Below, in pieces: positions 59,389-64,000 of a DNA stretch of 64,000 nucleotides. The notes below the pieces were generated by a model, which was given only the letters and a program-made list of their open reading frames with translations, did not search any database and was not told the DNA's origin. The translations under genes and the position numbers were made by a program. How positions within the stretch are numbered: position 1 is the stretch's first letter; every line of letters begins with the position of its first letter. The stretch is from Squalus acanthias (Eukaryota): positions 132,558,001 to 132,622,000 of the forward strand of contig CM059432.1 of NCBI GenBank assembly GCA_030390025.1, in the 5' to 3' direction.

Positions 59389-61537
59389 ATCTACTCAATT
59401 TACCTGTAGGATAAATTACTGCATGCTTTCTTACTTTATATATTTCGGTTCTACTGGGTATCATTAAACTGAGTTCAATGCAATAATATCAAACACTTAT
59501 TTTACATCTAGCATACATATGACTAGTCATGGACTTTGAGTAGATACAAGAATAAGTTATCCTGAACTTAGTATGACAAAGGAAATACATGCCATAATGT
59601 AAACACAAAAACTTCAATCATTTGGCATCCAGGCCTTGCTGAAACAAGTTGCACAGAAGTGCCAGTTACTATAAGCTGACTTGATTCTTGGATTCCTTAT
59701 TCTTTTTTTTTTTTAAGAAGTTAAAAAGAAAAGAATCTGAAAGCACATGGCAAGATACTAAAAATACACTAAATTTGCTAAATTACTGTGTACATCTGAA
59801 ATTCCTTTAATATTTTCGGAGGCATTATCCATTTATTTTAGATCGGTTAATGCCTCTGCTAAAACATCAATAACAAGGATTTCAAACAAATTGAAGCATT
59901 CGTATATTATTATCCCATGGCATAATTTCAGGGTCCATTTGTACCCATTTGATTTTATAAACGCGAATATCTTATTTGTAGATGTAAGATGGTAAAAAGG
60001 TCTCTATTACACTTGCCAACCCCATGCCCTCAAGTTTTACATTAATAAAACAGACTAGGTTTATGTGGGCATATAAATTATACAAAAATACAATACTGCA
60101 TTAGGGACATTGAGGCAATCTCCTTTTAGTGAAATCAGTAAACTCAAATGAAATGTGCAAGAATGTTAATATTCTACTAAAATGGGTCATGAAAAATTAA
60201 TTGTCTAATTCTAACTAGCTTTAAACTTGTGCTTCCTTTGTCGTATTACCAAGCTACAAGCTCTTTTAGTGTGTGGTCAGTTTAAATAACAAAGTTCTTT
60301 CTCAGTATTTCATTTCTACCACTTACTGCTTTGTTTGAAACAAATAGTAACATTTATAAAAGCGAGTTCAAGGAGCAATTACTCTCTTGTGACTATGGAA
60401 TACAGGTTTTTAATAAGTAAGAAAGGCTATTTATGAGTGGCAAAACCACAAATGACTTCTGAAGGTCTTAAGTCATAGTTGGGAGTGAAAATGCACATTA
60501 GAAATCTGGGCCTCTAACATACCCATTTGTCAGCAAATATGATGAATTTACAATATTGCTAGGAATACTAAAGTTTTCCCTCAGCATCTCATACTGCCCA
60601 TAGGTTACCATAAAGCAAATGAGTCACTTGACCTCTATAAGCGAGCTTTCCATTAAACAGTCTGGCTCTATTTGAACAGAAATAGAGCCAGACACAAAAT
60701 CTACCAGAAAAGGCATGTTTTACTGATGCAGTGATAAAGAGTTACTGGGGAAGCAATATTTGTCTTTGCTGCACAACCTCCAATCTACATGAAAGAAAGC
60801 AGGGCTAGGAGAGATCATCAGCCAGGTCATCACCATGCTCTGCAGAACATGGCTGCAACTCTCCAATCCATAAGTAAGAAAGCAGATCTGAGCGATCACC
60901 ATGTTCTGTAGAAGGTGTGTAAGTAGTAAGATCAAAAAAAATTAAGTATAACCCAATTTTCAAAAATCAAGAGGAACACAAGACTACAAGCTGCTGAGGC
61001 ACACAAGATCAAAGTTTTGACAGCATCTGAAGAAGCTATTGAAGAATTGTTTGGTCTGGAATATCTAGAAGGGTGACAAGCTTAAACTAGTGTGTGTGCC
61101 AGTGATTCCAGCAAGTGGAATTCTAATCTTACGCTTTCTCATGCATCTTACCATACAAGATTAAGTAGTCTGTGATGTTGGTGCTCTACATGGATTATTA
61201 TTTGCCGTGCAGCAAGTACACACAAGTAATACTTTGGGCTCTCATGCGATACATGTACAGTAACCAAATTTTTTCTACCCATGTTCTTTCCACTGAACAA
61301 ACTGGACCATCAGATTCCAGACTACTGTAAATGATAAGGATTGTTAAAGTCAGTTTTTATTGCCAATTTAAAAGCTTTTCCCCCCCCAAGTTTTATGATC
61401 GGTGCAAAAAAGTCATTGGGAAAATTGGACCCCAAAAACCCTGGTAAATTTGGAGAAAGTCAGTGAAACCAGCTTTATTTTGAACATCACAAACTCAAGA
61501 AAACAAACAAAGGTCTTATAAAACGGTGCAGGTAAGC

Positions 61538-62155
61538 TAGAACATAGAATCATACAGCACAGAAGGGGGCCATTCAGCCCATTGAGTCTATGCCGGCTTT
61601 TTGAAACAGAAACCTAATTAGTCCCACTCCCCTATTCTTTCCCCATAGCCCTGAAATGTTTTCCTTTTCAAGTATATCTCCAATTCCCTTTTGAAAGTTA
61701 CTACTGAATTTGCTTCTGCCACCTTTTCAGGCAGTGCATTCCAGATCATAACAACTTGCCGTGTAAAAAAAATTCTCCTCACCTCCCCTCTGGTTCGTTT
61801 GTCAATTATCTTAAATCCGTGTCCTCTGGTTCAATGTTCCCTTTAAGCTGCACAGCTCTCTGGACCGCCTGCGCAGCTGGCTTTTCAATGGTTAAAAACC
61901 GCGCATATGCATTATCTTGAATGGGTCGCACAGCCCCTTAAAGGGGCTGCGCACCCAGAAAAAAAATTAACGGGAACATTGCTCTGGTTACCAACCCTCC
62001 TGCCAGTGGAAACAGTTTCTCCTTATTTACTCTATCAAAACCCCTTATAATTTTGAACACCTCTATTGAATCTCCCCATAACCTTCTCTGCTCCAACGAG
62101 AACAATCCCAGCTTCTCGGGTCTCTCCACATAACTGAAGTCCCTCATCCTTGTGT
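61538..62155 (-). mobile_element. CR1 LINE 3' fragment interrupted by a hAT MITE
   Basis: LGLFSLEQRRLWGDSIEVFKIIRGFDRV in ORF 61938..62192; tail near 61540. Confidence 0.9.
61832..61981 (-). mobile_element. hAT-type MITE, 150 bp, same family as 28444-28606 in opposite orientation
   Basis: TIR CAATGTTCCC/GGGAACATTG; perfect 8-bp TSD CTCTGGTT. Confidence 0.92.
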
Positions 62156-62322
62156 CATTCTGATGATGATGATACCACAAACAACATCCCACAATTCACA
62201 GTCCATGGACACCACTTTTATGGGGCTCACCATCAGACTTCCACTTAACCCCTAGACAGTTGTCTTTTATGAAGATTAAACAAAAAATTATGAATCTATG
62301 TGTACTTGCGTGGCTTCAGCAT

Positions 62323-62606
62323 GTGATCTCAATACACATAATCGCATGGCGTATGCATGTGTACTTTAACCATTTTGCGCATTTGTTGGTTAATGGCAAA
62401 ACGAAAAGCAGAAGTGGGGGTGTTTATTGATCGTTGGGAGTCCTTTACTGAATGGTGGTACATGATTATTAATTTAATACACACATGTGAAGTACAATTA
62501 CTGCATTGTGTGAGTAAGTAAGGAGATTTTCTACTAAAATGAGTGCATGTGGCTAACATGATATTGTCATATGTGGCTAGCCAGCAATTTCTATTGGACA
62601 ACACTG
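62323..62606 (+). mobile_element. Shorter, left-truncated relative of the hAT element at 58007-59388
   Basis: Matches 58117-58252 joined directly to 59230-59388; ends in ATTGGACAACACTG. Confidence 0.8.
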
Positions 62607-62699
62607 CATTAGCTTAAGGTGGTTCAAAGAGGTCAGTGTGGGGTTTCAGATGCCCCAGACTAGAGATTCAAACTGAGAATGGTAGGTACAGAGATCAGC

Positions 62700-62900
62700 G
62701 AGTCTGCCTTCAAACTGAAGTGGACCACCAGGTGCACAATGTTCTGGTCACCATGCACACTATATTGCAAGGGAAGCTGGGCAGAATGGAGGCAACCAAT
62801 GCAAAGATGTTGGCACAGAATTTCCTGCAATGGCGAGAGCGGCGATGCATGCCACAAATTTTGTTGTTTTACATGGTGATCTCGCCGTTGCGAACTTACT
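62700..62900 (+). mobile_element. Possible decayed RTE-clade LINE 3' fragment
   Basis: KLKW...TILQGKL...NFLQW across shifting frames resembles RTE C-termini. Weak. Confidence 0.3.
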
Positions 62901-63117
62901 CCAAAATTTCCTGGTTTTGTAATTTGATACGGGCATAGCGGCAAATCAGAAGTTGGACAGCAGATGGCCAACGTCTCCTACATCCGAAGCAAAGTTTTTT
63001 GCATCACAGGAAATCGCAAGCTATGTTAGCAATACCAGAATATTTGTATGACAACATTAAAGTGTAATAAATGAATAGTACATCCTACATTGACCATTTT
63101 CTGAAATGTATATACTG

Positions 63118-63417
63118 TAGAATCCTAGAATGGTTACAGCACAGAAGGAGGCCATTCGGCCCGTTGAGCCCGTGCTGGCTCTCTGCAAGAGCACTTCAGC
63201 TAGTCCCACTCCCCCGCCCTTTCCCCGTAGCCCTGCAATTTTTTTCCTTCAGGTACTTATCCAATTCCCTTTTGAAAGCCACGATTAAATCTGTCTCCAC
63301 CACCCTCTGAGGCAGTGCATTCCAGATACTAACCACTCGCTGCGTAAAAAAGTTTCCCTCATGTTGCCTTTGGTTCTTCTGCCAATCACCTTAAATCTGT
63401 CTCCTCTGGTTCTCGAC
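63118..63417 (-). mobile_element. CR1 LINE 3' fragment
   Basis: tagaatggttacagcacagaaggaggccattcggccc tail; reverse complement of the family at 1-141. Confidence 0.88.
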
Positions 63418-64000
63418 ATCAGTTTTATCGTATTACCACAATGTGGTAATGGGTGTGTTTTATCATCTAACTAAAAACTATTTTGTGAATTAAAAGTATT
63501 TAAATTGATTATCTTATTGCAAAGAGGAAACAGAAGTTGTGCATGAATATTTTAAATGTTCCTTCCTGGATTTCTTGGCATGATCACATGGAATGATGCA
63601 GAAACAGATTTTTATGCGTTCGGTGGATAAAACTCCCAATCACTTGCCACCTATTTACAAGCGGTTACTTACAACATCAAGATTTAATTTCCAGAATAAA
63701 ATACACAATTTTACATTGAACGAATATGGAACTTGGAAACAAATTTGCTTAACTGGCAGCATACAGTGGAATATTCTAGTATTAATGGAATATTCTATTT
63801 TTCAATGTTGGTTCTGGAAATTGTGTCGGTGTTAGATAGGAATGCCCAGGTAGGCAGGCAGGCAAACAAACCTATAGGAGTGTGTTTGAATTATATGCTG
63901 GTGAAATAGACCCGAGCTGCATCATACTGCCTGCGTTCTTATTAACGGAATCTTGGACTGACACAACGCTTAAGGACTTGGAGCCATAGTTTGAAGCTTA

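Overview
Eukaryotic, repeat-rich vertebrate DNA. The repeat complement (HER1/CR1 LINEs, an HE1 V-SINE, SacSINE1-like DeuSINEs, Neptune-type Penelope elements) points to a cartilaginous fish, probably a shark (inference). The only host gene I can support is the 3' part of SLC35B3 (PAPS transporter 2) on the minus strand: four coding exons (55727-55819, 50846-50957, 41811-41880, 39796-39943) with GT-AG boundaries that splice in frame. I found no upstream exons, so they probably lie beyond position 64000. The rest is intron or intergenic sequence. It contains CR1/L2 fragments, SINEs, a fold-back Penelope insertion with minimal hammerhead ribozyme motifs, hAT elements with perfect 8-bp TSDs, and a dense nest of Harbinger-type elements at about 14-37 kb with Myb/SANT and transposase remnants. 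The most unusual signal is a ~750-bp TIR element present in two diverged copies (15451-16205, 49984-50719) that keeps 7-8 hairpins in the same order although several stems have unrelated sequence. No CRISPR, rRNA or genuine tRNA genes were seen. Family assignments come from recalled motifs, not database searches, and many repeat boundaries are approximate.
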